A stretch of 64,000 nt of DNA from an uncultured virus (IMG/VR IMGVR_UViG_3300015607_003969) (lineage: Duplodnaviria > Heunggongvirae > Uroviricota > Caudoviricetes). The first letter of the stretch is position 1. Each line of letters starts with the position of its first letter. Location of the stretch: IMG/VR virus record IMGVR_UViG_3300015607_003969, positions 1-64,000 of that record; one strand, written 5' to 3'. The translations under genes were made by a program, and so were the position numbers. Shown one piece after another: positions 9,025 to 18,471 of the stretch. Under the pieces are notes generated by a model. It was not told the origin of the DNA, made no database searches, and saw nothing but the letters and a program-made list of their open reading frames with translations.

Positions 9025-9479
9025 ACGATGGGTTGATCGCCTACAGGCGAAATGTCGTGGCGACGGCCCTCGAAACAGAAAAGCGGGAGCTGTACTTCAT
9101 CAACAAGTTCTCCCCCTGGAGCGGCCAGAAATACTACACGGGATCGGTGAGCAGCTACCTGCTCCACCTGTTTCTGCCAAGTAAAGTTCTGAGGAGAGAT
9201 GTGGAGAGCTGGGCTGCGGCATTTGGCCGCCCGAAAGCCCATTGTGATGAGATAGCCCTGGAGATGTTCGACCTGACGCCCGTCGAACTGATCTGCTTGT
9301 ACAGGGCCACGCACCTTGTGTTCATCTTCAGCGACGAACTCAGGCGTAAGTGTACTCCGGATGATGTGCTACGCGGGATGGCCTTGGGCGACCACCTCTG
9401 CCGTCGTCTGCGGACAAGGGATCCCAAACTGATCCTGCAACACGTATTCCGGGCCCCGCCCAGGCTGCTCTTTTACTAG
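9021..9479 (+). CDS. Hypothetical protein
   Basis: GTGA overlap with the upstream gene; co-oriented ORF. Confidence 0.55.
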   Translation: MNDGLIAYRRNVVATALETEKRELYFINKFSPWSGQKYYTGSVSSYLLHLFLPSKVLRRDVESWAAAFGRPKAHCDEIALEMFDLTPVELICLYRATHLVFIFSDELRRKCTPDDVLRGMALGDHLCRRLRTRDPKLILQHVFRAPPRLLFY

Positions 9480-9482
9480 GAG

Positions 9483-10073
9483 GTGGAAGCATGCTGTGGT
9501 TCGCAGAGGAGCAGCAGATCTAGGTCTTGCCTGCCGGAGGTCCTCTACGGCCTTTCGGAGGGGAACCAGTTCATTTACCAACCCTACAGAAAATCCAGGG
9601 GGTCCGGGTGGCTGGGCGTAGGGTTTTTCAGCTGCCTCCTGAATGCGGCGGAGTACTACGCTCGAAATCTGGATCGATCCACCCTGCTACACTACGATAG
9701 TGTCGTCCCCACGGGGCTGATCGAGCTGCTCGGGGGCAACGTGCACTACAATGGGCTGCGGCCCACCGTTTTCCACCTCGCCTCGGATCTGATCGGCGCA
9801 AAGACAGAGGAGCTCTCAAGCATTCTGTCGGCCGTGACTGGGCATGACTCCAGGTTCAGTAACCTTGCTGAGTGGGATGCCACGCAGGAGTTCCCGCTGT
9901 ACCCCGCCTGGGACTATGCCGGCAGGTTCGTGCCCAGGGTCATGGGGGATCATTGGCTACCCAACTACCGCCCCTCCTGGGCCGTGGACACCGCTTTGCG
10001 TATGCTTGAGAACTCCCCCTCGGCGGGTCCTCTCTATCTTCGATTAATAGCAGGAATAACGGAGGTGGCATGA
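9483..10073 (+). CDS. Hypothetical protein, start uncertain
   Basis: Long ORF; the best RBS (AGGAGG) points to an out-of-frame ATG at 9491. Confidence 0.45.
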   Translation: MEACCGSQRSSRSRSCLPEVLYGLSEGNQFIYQPYRKSRGSGWLGVGFFSCLLNAAEYYARNLDRSTLLHYDSVVPTGLIELLGGNVHYNGLRPTVFHLASDLIGAKTEELSSILSAVTGHDSRFSNLAEWDATQEFPLYPAWDYAGRFVPRVMGDHWLPNYRPSWAVDTALRMLENSPSAGPLYLRLIAGITEVA

Positions 10074-11044
10074 CGGAACACAACGTTTTTACCTACGCAC
10101 GCTTCCTGGAAGCGGCGAACCCGAAGACCGGGCAACGCCGGCTCAGAGCCTTGGCTCAGCTGCTGCTGAAGAAGGGGTGTAACAGCTACGCTGACGATCA
10201 CCTCGCCTTTGCTCTAACCAGCAACAAGAACCTGCCCCGGGCAGTCTTTGCCGAGCTGGGGGCGGAGTACCCCTGTGGGGCAGTGAACAACCCCTACTAC
10301 GTGAATCACGTCCTTGGGGCGGCGCGTCAGGAAGACGCCGATTACCTGCGGGGCTTTGACAAGGGGGCGAAAGAGCGGGAGGACTATCGGGCTAAGCGGA
10401 AGGACCTAGACGCCCCCGGAGAATCGCTGGACGGGATCCTAAACCTCTCGCCCCTCCTGCTCGTGGGTCGATACCTGTTGTTGGAGATGACCTCGCGGAA
10501 GGACGCGCAAACCGTTCTTGACGCGATTCACAACTACATGCACCACAGGAAGGTCTCCGCACCCAGAGTCAATATTCTCCTAGGAGATCGCAGGAGCGAC
10601 GTGGCCAAGGTTTTCGCCAAGAGCCTGCTCGTAGGTGCATCCTTCCTGCGGAATAAGGCGGACGTATCTGTCGTAGCCACCTTCCTCCCGTGCGTTGACG
10701 GGGCTTGGGTTCGCCGATACATAAAGCGCCACCCTAAGGTCGGATGGAAGGCCCCGGATATGCTAGGCCGTGAGCTGCTGCTTTCGGTTCCGCAGTTCGC
10801 ATCCTGCTGGTTGCTTGCGCTGCTTAATGCCGGCCGGATAGGGCCGGAAGAGGCTCTCCGGCTCCTAGGGCGCGTGACGAAGCCTGGCACAAGCAGGCTG
10901 CTCGTCGTCTCGCAACTCCTGGCGCACCTGCCTGCTCGCACGGCGGCCAAGCTCTACCGTACGGCAACCGCAACCCACAAAAGGAGGAAGGCAGACCTTG
11001 CAGACAAAAGTATGGCCCGAGGGGCCGCCGCTAAGCGCGATTGA
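10070..11044 (+). CDS. (N/H)PxxP family helical protein
   Basis: ALTSNKNLP...AVNNP; GGAGG RBS. Confidence 0.6.
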   Translation: MTEHNVFTYARFLEAANPKTGQRRLRALAQLLLKKGCNSYADDHLAFALTSNKNLPRAVFAELGAEYPCGAVNNPYYVNHVLGAARQEDADYLRGFDKGAKEREDYRAKRKDLDAPGESLDGILNLSPLLLVGRYLLLEMTSRKDAQTVLDAIHNYMHHRKVSAPRVNILLGDRRSDVAKVFAKSLLVGASFLRNKADVSVVATFLPCVDGAWVRRYIKRHPKVGWKAPDMLGRELLLSVPQFASCWLLALLNAGRIGPEEALRLLGRVTKPGTSRLLVVSQLLAHLPARTAAKLYRTATATHKRRKADLADKSMARGAAAKRD

Positions 11045-11522
11045 GGCGAGGAGCGTTCGACTGCCCCAGATAGGGGCCGATCTGACACAGCAACACCGTA
11101 CGTTGATGAACCTAGCCAGGCACAGCGCCGATGCCGGGGTGCTCTCTGGGCTTGTCATGGGCATACGCCCCATGCTGACCGCTGACCCTACCCCCTGGAT
11201 ACAGGCCTGGGAGGTGATCCGGGCTGCCCTCCTCAACCCCAACCTCCCCATGGGCGACCTCCGAGCTAGCCACGTCTGGCTCCTCTGCCTCTTCCCGGAG
11301 ATCACCTGGAAGAACCCGAGCTGGCCCCTCTGGTGCCTGGCTGATCCCGAGCTCGGCTGGATTTACGAGAGTCTCCGTAAGAACGGGACATACGTGTACG
11401 GTGTCCCCAACGAGCGCAGCGTGAACAGCAACGCGCACTACACCATCGGCATTGCAGCGGTTGCGCTACACGTGGTCACCGGATCCTACCTATGGCCCAC
11501 ATGTCCGGAATGCAGACGTTAG
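11041..11522 (+). CDS. (N/H)PxxP...WxNP family protein
   Basis: ALLNPNLP...WKNPSWPLW; TTGA overlap (start uncertain). Confidence 0.55.
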
Positions 11523-11560
11523 ACCAAGCCCAGGCATACGCCTGGGTCCTGGAGGTGTGT

Positions 11561-11770
11561 ATGAATATCGACTTGTTGACCGTTCGACAGATCATTGCCC
11601 TGGCCGAGCGTGCCGAGGTTAAACCCGAGTACAGCCCGCTGATCTGCCTGGCCCGCGCCATCACGCGGAGGGACATCCGCCCGGGTGGGTACCTGGAGTA
11701 CCTCTACCACGACACAAATCAGAGGTGTGGTGGGGAGAGCATTATCGTACGCGGGGTCAAGGTGCGATGA
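11561..11770 (+). CDS. Small hypothetical protein
   Basis: GGAGG RBS; ATGA overlap with the next gene. Confidence 0.5.
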   Translation: MNIDLLTVRQIIALAERAEVKPEYSPLICLARAITRRDIRPGGYLEYLYHDTNQRCGGESIIVRGVKVR

Positions 11771-11961
11771 CCTACACCCAGATTTGGGATGCGTACGTGG
11801 CAGGACGCTCTGCTCGATCCTCCCTCCATGCGGCCGATCAGATAGGCTACCTGGAGAACTTCTACAGCACCATCCGAGGCCAGATGACGTGTAGAAAGGA
11901 CCTAGCCGTGCACGGCGTTCGCGTGGATAAGGCTCTAAAACGGAGTGAGATGTCCAGATGA
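11767..11961 (+). CDS. Small hypothetical protein
   Basis: ATGA coupling on both sides. Confidence 0.5.
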   Translation: MTYTQIWDAYVAGRSARSSLHAADQIGYLENFYSTIRGQMTCRKDLAVHGVRVDKALKRSEMSR

Positions 11962-12140
11962 TAAAGAGTTCCCGCCTCAAGACGGCCCCCTACCGTTGGC
12001 GACTCTTCTACGCGATGCAGGGTGAGTGCGCGTTCCCGGTTGAGCCTGGTAAAAGGCTGGAGATGCTGCTGCACCTCCACAAGCATGAGTTGGACAAGGA
12101 TAAAGCCCGTGCACGTAATCAAAAACTACATGACTCCTAG
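11958..12140 (+). CDS. Small hypothetical protein
   Basis: ATGA overlap. Confidence 0.45.
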   Translation: MIKSSRLKTAPYRWRLFYAMQGECAFPVEPGKRLEMLLHLHKHELDKDKARARNQKLHDS

Positions 12141-12468
12141 CGTGGCGCGCATGATACTTACCCAGGCGGCTGCGGGGGACGAGGGCCCAGCGCGCCTTGT
12201 GCTCCACGAGCTGATTTACGACCTCTTGGGGCACATTGATACCCGGCCGTGGGACCCCTGCGACTTTGTTGCTGGCGACGAGAGTGCCGAGCTTTATACC
12301 CTTACAACAGAGTCGTTCCACACGAAAGTCCCCTGGACGTACACGTGCTCCACGGTTCTTGTGAGCGCGGGAGACGTCGTCAAGTTGGATCCACGGGACA
12401 TCAGGGACCTCCTTATACTCACGCCGGCCAGCGGCATGCTGGTGTTCGGTCACACGGGGATGCGGTGA
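12109..12468 (+). CDS. Family A paralog
   Basis: GTG-HVIKNYMTP...VSAGDVVKL. Confidence 0.7.
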   Translation: MHVIKNYMTPSVARMILTQAAAGDEGPARLVLHELIYDLLGHIDTRPWDPCDFVAGDESAELYTLTTESFHTKVPWTYTCSTVLVSAGDVVKLDPRDIRDLLILTPASGMLVFGHTGMR

Positions 12469-12469
12469 G

Positions 12470-12874
12470 ATGCATTACAAAAACTACGTGGCCGACCACA
12501 TGGTGGATGCCCTGGTGTGTACGCTAAGGGCTGACCCAGTCTCCCCGAGGCCTTACATCATGCTGTCGCATACGGAAGCCGCGCCTGTGCTCGTGTCATT
12601 GGCCCTGGGCGGGCTAGCACCCTCCGGGGGCAACGCGTTTTGTCCGCGGCTTGCGGCCGGCGACTGGCTCGTAGGACAGGACAGCTTTCCGTTGGTCTCT
12701 GGCATCGGCGCAAGGATGACTGACCCGATCCTCCTCTCGCTAGAGAACCAGTGGCTGACCTACCGTGGTGGGAGCTTCTGGTTCAGGAAGGGGGATGTCT
12801 ACGTAATCGATAACAGGTCACGCACCGTCAAGTTCCCGGGGCCTGTGTTGGCCTATTTGCTGGTACACCGCTGA
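12470..12874 (+). CDS. Family A paralog
   Basis: MHYKNYVAD...FRKGDVYVI. Confidence 0.7.
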   Translation: MHYKNYVADHMVDALVCTLRADPVSPRPYIMLSHTEAAPVLVSLALGGLAPSGGNAFCPRLAAGDWLVGQDSFPLVSGIGARMTDPILLSLENQWLTYRGGSFWFRKGDVYVIDNRSRTVKFPGPVLAYLLVHR

Positions 12875-12889
12875 ATCTAGGAGGCTAAC

Positions 12890-13294
12890 ATGCCCTGTGT
12901 AAAGATTCCGGGCTACGTAAGCCCAACGGTGGCCATGGAGTTGGACCTAGAGGTTCCACGGGATCGCTGGCACGTGATGGAGGCACCCCTGAGGGCACGG
13001 TTGATCTTGGGGGCTTATGCACCAGAGCGGGTGCTCCGGCTGGCCCGTGTGCCCTCGTGGTCTATGATGGCCGACGGCGTATTCGAGAAGTACACCATTC
13101 TAGGCACCTCCGAGACCGAGGTTAGTATCGGCGCTGAGACCTATGACATCAAGCCCGGAGATGTCCTTGAGGTGCCGCGGCAGGTAGCGATAGCGTCCTA
13201 TCTCGGTGTGACCGGAGGGGTGCTGGTCTTCTTCAACCCTAATGATCCATTACGATGGAACACCTGCAAAAGTACTTCACCCCGCCCCTCGTAG
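12890..13294 (+). CDS. Family A paralog (ends at 13252 if TTA is a stop)
   Basis: VKIPGYVSP...IKPGDVLEV; AGGAGG RBS. Confidence 0.7.
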   Translation: MPCVKIPGYVSPTVAMELDLEVPRDRWHVMEAPLRARLILGAYAPERVLRLARVPSWSMMADGVFEKYTILGTSETEVSIGAETYDIKPGDVLEVPRQVAIASYLGVTGGVLVFFNPNDPLRWNTCKSTSPRPS

Positions 13295-13605
13295 AGAGGC
13301 TGGCCTCTGAGAGCTGGTCCAAGAGTGCTCTTTCCCTGCTGGTGGGGGGGCCTGCGGTGGGGATTCACCGCTGTACGATGGTAGAGAACTGGGGGTGTGC
13401 AGTTGGAGGCCACTACTGGGACATGCTCGTCGTTGTAACAAAGCCTGTGCGAATCCAGGTGGTCGGGCCCCTCTTCCCGCGCACAGACATACCGTTGGAA
13501 GTTGGAGACGCGCTAAGGTTCGCGAGGGAGGACTCCATGGGGCTCTACATAACCATCCCGGCCCCCTACCTCCTGATCCTCTTGAGGTCATCCGATGAAA
13601 CCTGA
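13255..13605 (+). CDS. Family A paralog
   Basis: MEHLQKYFTP...LEVGDALRF. Confidence 0.7.
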   Translation: MEHLQKYFTPPLVERLASESWSKSALSLLVGGPAVGIHRCTMVENWGCAVGGHYWDMLVVVTKPVRIQVVGPLFPRTDIPLEVGDALRFAREDSMGLYITIPAPYLLILLRSSDET

Positions 13606-13951
13606 CATCAAGAGGGGGTTCGTCAGCGAGTCCTACATGCGCGACCCTTCCTCCCCCTTTCTCTCCTGGAAGAGGGGCGCTGTCGCCGGGTTCTGGTACA
13701 GCGCACCACCTCCGTTGTGCCTTGTGATGGGCCTTCCAGGTGGCACCCTTGTCCGTGAGCAGGATTGCAATTGGGGGATGGCCACCCCCCAGGGTTACAG
13801 TGACATAAGCGTTGTAGCCGTAAAGCGCAGCACGGTGGATGGGGTGTACATGATGGCTGGAGACGCCCGTGTCTACAGTCGGCAACATTGCGAGGTATAC
13901 GTGATGTGTATGACGGGGTTGGTGCTAGTTTTCACGGGGGCGATCCAATGA
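13595..13951 (+). CDS. Family A paralog
   Basis: IKRGFVS...MMAGDARVY. Confidence 0.6.
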   Translation: MKPDIKRGFVSESYMRDPSSPFLSWKRGAVAGFWYSAPPPLCLVMGLPGGTLVREQDCNWGMATPQGYSDISVVAVKRSTVDGVYMMAGDARVYSRQHCEVYVMCMTGLVLVFTGAIQ

Positions 13952-14322
13952 ACTTGGAGCACGGGATTGTTTACAAGCGGGGGGTGTTCGCCCCTAGAGT
14001 TGCCCAGACCCTTCGGGACGGGCTCATGGATCTGAAGGAACTCTCCCTAATGTTGGGCACGCCCATTCAGATGCAATACATGCAGGGCCCTTGCGGAAAG
14101 TGGCCGATGTACACGCAGGGGCTTGGGTTTGTGCGCATCATCATCATCCCCTTGGAGCCTTGCACAATACGCATATATATCGGCTTGAAAGAAACTCTCT
14201 ACCAGGAGACGGTATTCGCCGGCGCGGATGAGGATAGCCCCACCTTCGGTATCCCCGCGGTAGTGGCCCTCGGGTATACGGCCGCGATATCCGGCGATTG
14301 CCTCATCGCAGTGCCCAAGTGA
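13948..14322 (+). CDS. Divergent family A paralog
   Basis: YKRGVFAP...IIIPLEP; ATGA overlap. Confidence 0.55.
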   Translation: MNLEHGIVYKRGVFAPRVAQTLRDGLMDLKELSLMLGTPIQMQYMQGPCGKWPMYTQGLGFVRIIIIPLEPCTIRIYIGLKETLYQETVFAGADEDSPTFGIPAVVALGYTAAISGDCLIAVPK

Positions 14323-14352
14323 ACGCTCTCACCGTGAGGGCTGGAGGTGGTT

Positions 14353-14724
14353 ATGGACATTCAAATCACCGAGAACTACGTGGCTGTACCTCGTTTGGCG
14401 GCACTGAGAGACATACCTGTCTCGTTCTGGTTTGGGTACCTAACCACGCCCATCCCCGTGGGACTACAACTCGCCTTGGGTCTAGGGGGTGATCTTAAGT
14501 GTCGCCGGGTGCGCTGCATGCACAACACCGAACATTGGGGCATGTATGCCCGCCACCTCAAGGACTTCTCGGACCTACACATTCTGGTCCTACAAAACTC
14601 GGTTATCGAGATCACACGCCGGTGCAAGAGGTCCCTGCATGCAGGGGATATCATGCATGTGCCGGCGCAAACCGCGCAGCGAGAAACCCTCTATGTGCAA
14701 GGCGAAGTCCTTGTTCTTGGGTAA
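14353..14724 (+). CDS. Family A paralog
   Basis: QITENYVAVP...LHAGDIMHV; GGAGG RBS. Confidence 0.7.
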   Translation: MDIQITENYVAVPRLAALRDIPVSFWFGYLTTPIPVGLQLALGLGGDLKCRRVRCMHNTEHWGMYARHLKDFSDLHILVLQNSVIEITRRCKRSLHAGDIMHVPAQTAQRETLYVQGEVLVLG

Positions 14725-14733
14725 GGAGGATCC

Positions 14734-15123
14734 ATGAGTCTAGTAGAGGTGTTGTCGCCGCATATCACGTTGAGGCGCGGCTATGTGCGTGATGTGGCGT
14801 CGCTCGCCACACGCAGGCATACCAAGATAGACAAAGCGCGTGAGGTCCAGATCACACAGCACATGCGTTTGGCGTTGGCGGATTTCAGGGTAACTCGTGC
14901 TTCCTCGCTGCGCGACATGAACCTGTGGGACGCTGAGCAGGTCGAGCATGGAGCAGTACTCCTGCTATCCTTGGGATATACTCGGGTCTCTTCAGGTACC
15001 GTCATGGACATGGCCCCGGGCGACTTGCTCCACCTGAGCTATCCGCACGTACATGCCTACTTTGTGGTCACGCACGGAAGGCATCTGGCCTTCCACCTGG
15101 CGCCGGACGATGCATGTATGTAA
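14734..15123 (+). CDS. Family A paralog
   Basis: LRRGYV...LLSLGYTR...MAPGDLLHL; AGGAGG RBS. Confidence 0.7.
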   Translation: MSLVEVLSPHITLRRGYVRDVASLATRRHTKIDKAREVQITQHMRLALADFRVTRASSLRDMNLWDAEQVEHGAVLLLSLGYTRVSSGTVMDMAPGDLLHLSYPHVHAYFVVTHGRHLAFHLAPDDACM

Positions 15124-15511
15124 AAACTACATGGCCATCGACGTGCTAGACAAGATCACGCAGGACATGGGGGAGCCGCTCCTGCACGACACCAAGCACC
15201 TCACAAGTGTTGACCCTGCGGTATCTCTGCTGTTCGTCGAGTTCGGCGTGCCGACGCACCACATGCTGCTGAAGGGGAGCCCCTTCGAGTGGGATCCTTG
15301 GTGCGCTGCCTCCTACGTACATACGACCCTCCTATTGCCCACCGATTCCTGCGATATCGTCCTACGGCAACCGCTGAGGCCCAGGTCCTATGTATCTTGC
15401 AGCAAGGGGGGAGCCCTCGTGCTTAATCGTCAGGACACTATGCTTTACTACGTTAAAGCGGACCAAACTATGTGGCTCGTCACATTCCGGGGGCAGGCAG
15501 GTAGATGGTAA
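15110..15511 (+). CDS. Family A paralog
   Basis: MHVCKNYMA...KGGALVL...LVTFR. Confidence 0.7.
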   Translation: MHVCKNYMAIDVLDKITQDMGEPLLHDTKHLTSVDPAVSLLFVEFGVPTHHMLLKGSPFEWDPWCAASYVHTTLLLPTDSCDIVLRQPLRPRSYVSCSKGGALVLNRQDTMLYYVKADQTMWLVTFRGQAGRW

Positions 15512-15900
15512 AACTTCTTCGTGGATACTTCAGCCCAGCGGCCCTTCGTGCCTTCCGTAAAGACTACGAGGGCGCTATCATCAAGGCAGAGTCTATCGAC
15601 ATCTCCCGAGGTTCAGGGGGGCGGCGGCATTACCGAAAAGTGACACGTGGCCAGCAATTGATGTTGAACGGCGCGTTGGAGGGGCCCACCCCCAAACGCG
15701 TGGTGGAGTTCGATGGGGACCTGACCCCCCTGCGTATCTCGGGAACGGTTTACTTCGTGGCCCTCACCTCAGGGTCCATTGACTTCAACGGTTTGTCTAC
15801 GCTGGAGGAAGGGGACTTGCTCGTGCTCAATGACAAGACCTATGGCCAGTACACCCCAAGCGCCTGTTACTTGAACGGCTCGGTCTTCTTGCTTGCTTGA
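15505..15900 (+). CDS. Family A paralog
   Basis: KLLRGYFSP...LEEGDLLVL. Confidence 0.7.
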   Translation: MVKLLRGYFSPAALRAFRKDYEGAIIKAESIDISRGSGGRRHYRKVTRGQQLMLNGALEGPTPKRVVEFDGDLTPLRISGTVYFVALTSGSIDFNGLSTLEEGDLLVLNDKTYGQYTPSACYLNGSVFLLA

Positions 15901-15918
15901 AGCCCAGGGCGCGCCCAA

Positions 15919-16440
15919 ATGAAGGTGGAAACACACATGACGACGTACACCCCAGATTCGCTGAGCACCGCCCTAACGACCGGCACTGTCGGTTCGCTGA
16001 GCACCGTAGCGAGCGCCATCACCGGGACAGCTACGGCATCATATTACATCGGAACCAACAGGCCAGCACTTGAACTCTTCGTGAAGCGCGGTTGGTTCCC
16101 CGCGGACCTGACGCCTAACAGCCCCTGGGCTCAGCTTCTCCACGCTCTCGAAGCCGGTCATCCGGTGGACCCCATGGACCTGCCCTGCGTACGCTTTGGC
16201 CTGGCGGATCTAGGCATCCGTTTCACTTCGATCGCCAAGACCGAGGTAGTAGACAACCACGTCGTGGTCCGCACCTGCTCGTGTCTTATCTCCTTCGGGC
16301 GCATCGCCTTGGTAGATGAAACGCAGGACGCCCTGCACAGCGGAGACCTCGTGCATACGTCAGGCGTCCTGCGCCACATGATCCTGCGCGGGTCCGGCAT
16401 CGCGTTCATGCTGTCTTTAGGGGGGTCGTCATGCATGTGA
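15919..16440 (+). CDS. Family A-related protein (ends at 16419 if TTA is a stop)
   Basis: VKRGWFP...LISFG...LHSGDLV; alternative ATG at 15937. Confidence 0.6.
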   Translation: MKVETHMTTYTPDSLSTALTTGTVGSLSTVASAITGTATASYYIGTNRPALELFVKRGWFPADLTPNSPWAQLLHALEAGHPVDPMDLPCVRFGLADLGIRFTSIAKTEVVDNHVVVRTCSCLISFGRIALVDETQDALHSGDLVHTSGVLRHMILRGSGIAFMLSLGGSSCM

Positions 16441-16826
16441 TAGCCAAGATTCTGCCACCCGAATCTCCACGTTCCCCCCTGCTACGACCCCGCGCCGGGG
16501 ATCTTAGCCGCAGGTACACCCACAGAATAGCTGCGATGACTGGGGTAGGCGTAGACGAGGGTAAGTGCAAGATCGTCGCTGAGGGCGGCATGGGAGACCC
16601 CTGCATCGAGAGTTTCAGCACCAGCATGATAGAGGCCCTGGTCATCCCCCTGAGGGAGAATCACGTAACGCTAGAACACCTATCAGGAAAGGCCTATTCG
16701 AGCTCAACGGTCTCTGCGGGGGAGGTGCTACATCTGGAGGAGGTAGAGACTTCACGGCTGTACCTACGGTTCCACCGCCCCGGCCACTACCTCTTGCTAT
16801 GGAGGAATCCCCCGCTTTGGCCCTGA
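16431..16826 (+). CDS. Hybrid PPxPRS / family A protein
   Basis: ILPPESPRSP N-terminus with VSAGEVLHL C-terminus. Confidence 0.65.
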   Translation: MHVIAKILPPESPRSPLLRPRAGDLSRRYTHRIAAMTGVGVDEGKCKIVAEGGMGDPCIESFSTSMIEALVIPLRENHVTLEHLSGKAYSSSTVSAGEVLHLEEVETSRLYLRFHRPGHYLLLWRNPPLWP

Positions 16827-17197
16827 TAAGACAAGCTTTCCTGATGCCGCCGGACCCCCGTAGCCCATTCGGGTCTATAGCCTTCGACGCCTACACGTCC
16901 CTCGATGGCCTAACACCGCAACAACGCTTCTGCATTGAGGACATCTTCGCTAATGTCGGCCAGCGCGTGGTGGGGGTCCATGTAGAAGCGTGGACTCCGG
17001 GGTGGGGCGTTTGTGATTTCAACGCCATCTTCCTTGAGCATGGGTTCTTGGTCGAGCGCACGGGGGCCAGCACGCCAGTACATCCTGGCGATGCGCTGAT
17101 GCGTGATGGGCAGGCCGGATACCTTGCCCGAGTACGCACTACCGCGCTGATCGTACATGTGCACGACAGGCCAAGCTTTCTGTATAAGGAGGGATAA
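16817..17197 (+). CDS. Hybrid PPDPRS / family A protein
   Basis: FLMPPDPRSP with VHPGDALM; start uncertain (16799 or 16817). Confidence 0.6.
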   Translation: MALIRQAFLMPPDPRSPFGSIAFDAYTSLDGLTPQQRFCIEDIFANVGQRVVGVHVEAWTPGWGVCDFNAIFLEHGFLVERTGASTPVHPGDALMRDGQAGYLARVRTTALIVHVHDRPSFLYKEG

Positions 17198-17215
17198 CGG
17201 ACGCGGAGGTCCTCT

Positions 17216-17464
17216 ATGGGGCATGTCCATGAATGGGAGCTGCGCATGTGCCGTGAAGGACATGTGCAGTGTCTCACCTGTCGAGCCCTCGGCAGGCTGT
17301 ACAACAGCCCAACCACCGGAGTTCAGGAGGTCGAAGTACTCCGGTGCCCCTGCGGCGCCGACGCTACCGTGGACGATAGAATCCTGCAATGCGACGCTTG
17401 CTGGCTCTACGCCAAGCGTAAACGTAAGTACACCAAGCCCAAGATGCCTGGTGGGAACGAGTAA
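17216..17464 (+). CDS. Small Cys-rich zinc-ribbon protein
   Basis: CxxC/CxC pairs; GGAGG RBS. Confidence 0.55.
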   Translation: MGHVHEWELRMCREGHVQCLTCRALGRLYNSPTTGVQEVEVLRCPCGADATVDDRILQCDACWLYAKRKRKYTKPKMPGGNE

Positions 17465-17481
17465 AGACAAGGAGAACAACC

Positions 17482-18471
17482 ATGCCACAGCAGTTTAAAC
17501 CGGGAGACCTGATCTATGACGTGGACGACCCGGAGCTTATCGTTCGGGAGGTTACCGCCGTGAACGACGACGTAATCTACGCGAAGACCTCGATGCCCTG
17601 GGACACCCGTATCCGGGAGGTGTCGGGGTCTTGCAACATCCGGAAGATCCGGAAATACGACCCCCAGGAGGTCAAGGGCCTCTATCGGGTGGGGGATGAG
17701 GTGCGCTACATCGGGCCCACTGTCCTGATGGACGGGGAGCGCAGCGTGGGGCTTCCTCGGTGTAAAGGAAGGGTGGTGGGCGTGGACATGCACCCGCTCA
17801 TCGTCGGGCCCACCGTCGAGTGGTACGTCTCGGGGAGGGTGTTCGACGTGGAGGCCCGTTGGCTTATGCGGCGGAGTGAGTGCGCCAATCCCGAGACTCC
17901 TGCACAACCCGCCCCCGAAGAGCCCGCGCAGCCCGTCGAGCCGTCCGGGGGTCCCCTCGACAAGATGGTCATGCCTCCGCCACCCGCGCCCGAGACGCCC
18001 GTGCAGGCCGCCTCCGCAGACCTGGGCACGGGCCCATCTACCGCGGTGGAGGTGAGGATCGAGGAGGCGCACTTCACGGTACAGAAAGGCTGGGTTGTGG
18101 TCTTCAAGGGGGCCGACGATCTCGAAATCACCGTGAGCCTTAAGACCGACGAGTTCAGGGTCCAAGGCCACGACCCTTTCACCCTGACGATGGGTCTGCG
18201 GAACATCAATCGGCACGGCCGGAGCACGGTGATGCTATCCCGTGGCGATGTGAGCTACACGGGGTGGGTCGTGGAGAGCGATGTCAGGCAGCTGATGCTC
18301 AGACACTGCCTGAAGGGCGTGACCCCCCAGCAGGTCCGCCTGATCGCGGCTCTCTACGAGCGGTGGGCGTCGCCGTCTCTGCGGGCAGAGGTGGCCAAAG
18401 CCAAGGACGCCTTCGACATCGGGAGCGATACCCGGGCGTCGAAATACCTCCACCGCCTCATCGATGGCTAA
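17482..18471 (+). CDS. Hypothetical protein with two KOW/SH3-like starts and a Pro/Glu linker
   Basis: FKPGDLI and YRVGDEVRY; AGGAG RBS. Confidence 0.6.
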   Translation: MPQQFKPGDLIYDVDDPELIVREVTAVNDDVIYAKTSMPWDTRIREVSGSCNIRKIRKYDPQEVKGLYRVGDEVRYIGPTVLMDGERSVGLPRCKGRVVGVDMHPLIVGPTVEWYVSGRVFDVEARWLMRRSECANPETPAQPAPEEPAQPVEPSGGPLDKMVMPPPPAPETPVQAASADLGTGPSTAVEVRIEEAHFTVQKGWVVVFKGADDLEITVSLKTDEFRVQGHDPFTLTMGLRNINRHGRSTVMLSRGDVSYTGWVVESDVRQLMLRHCLKGVTPQQVRLIAALYERWASPSLRAEVAKAKDAFDIGSDTRASKYLHRLIDG

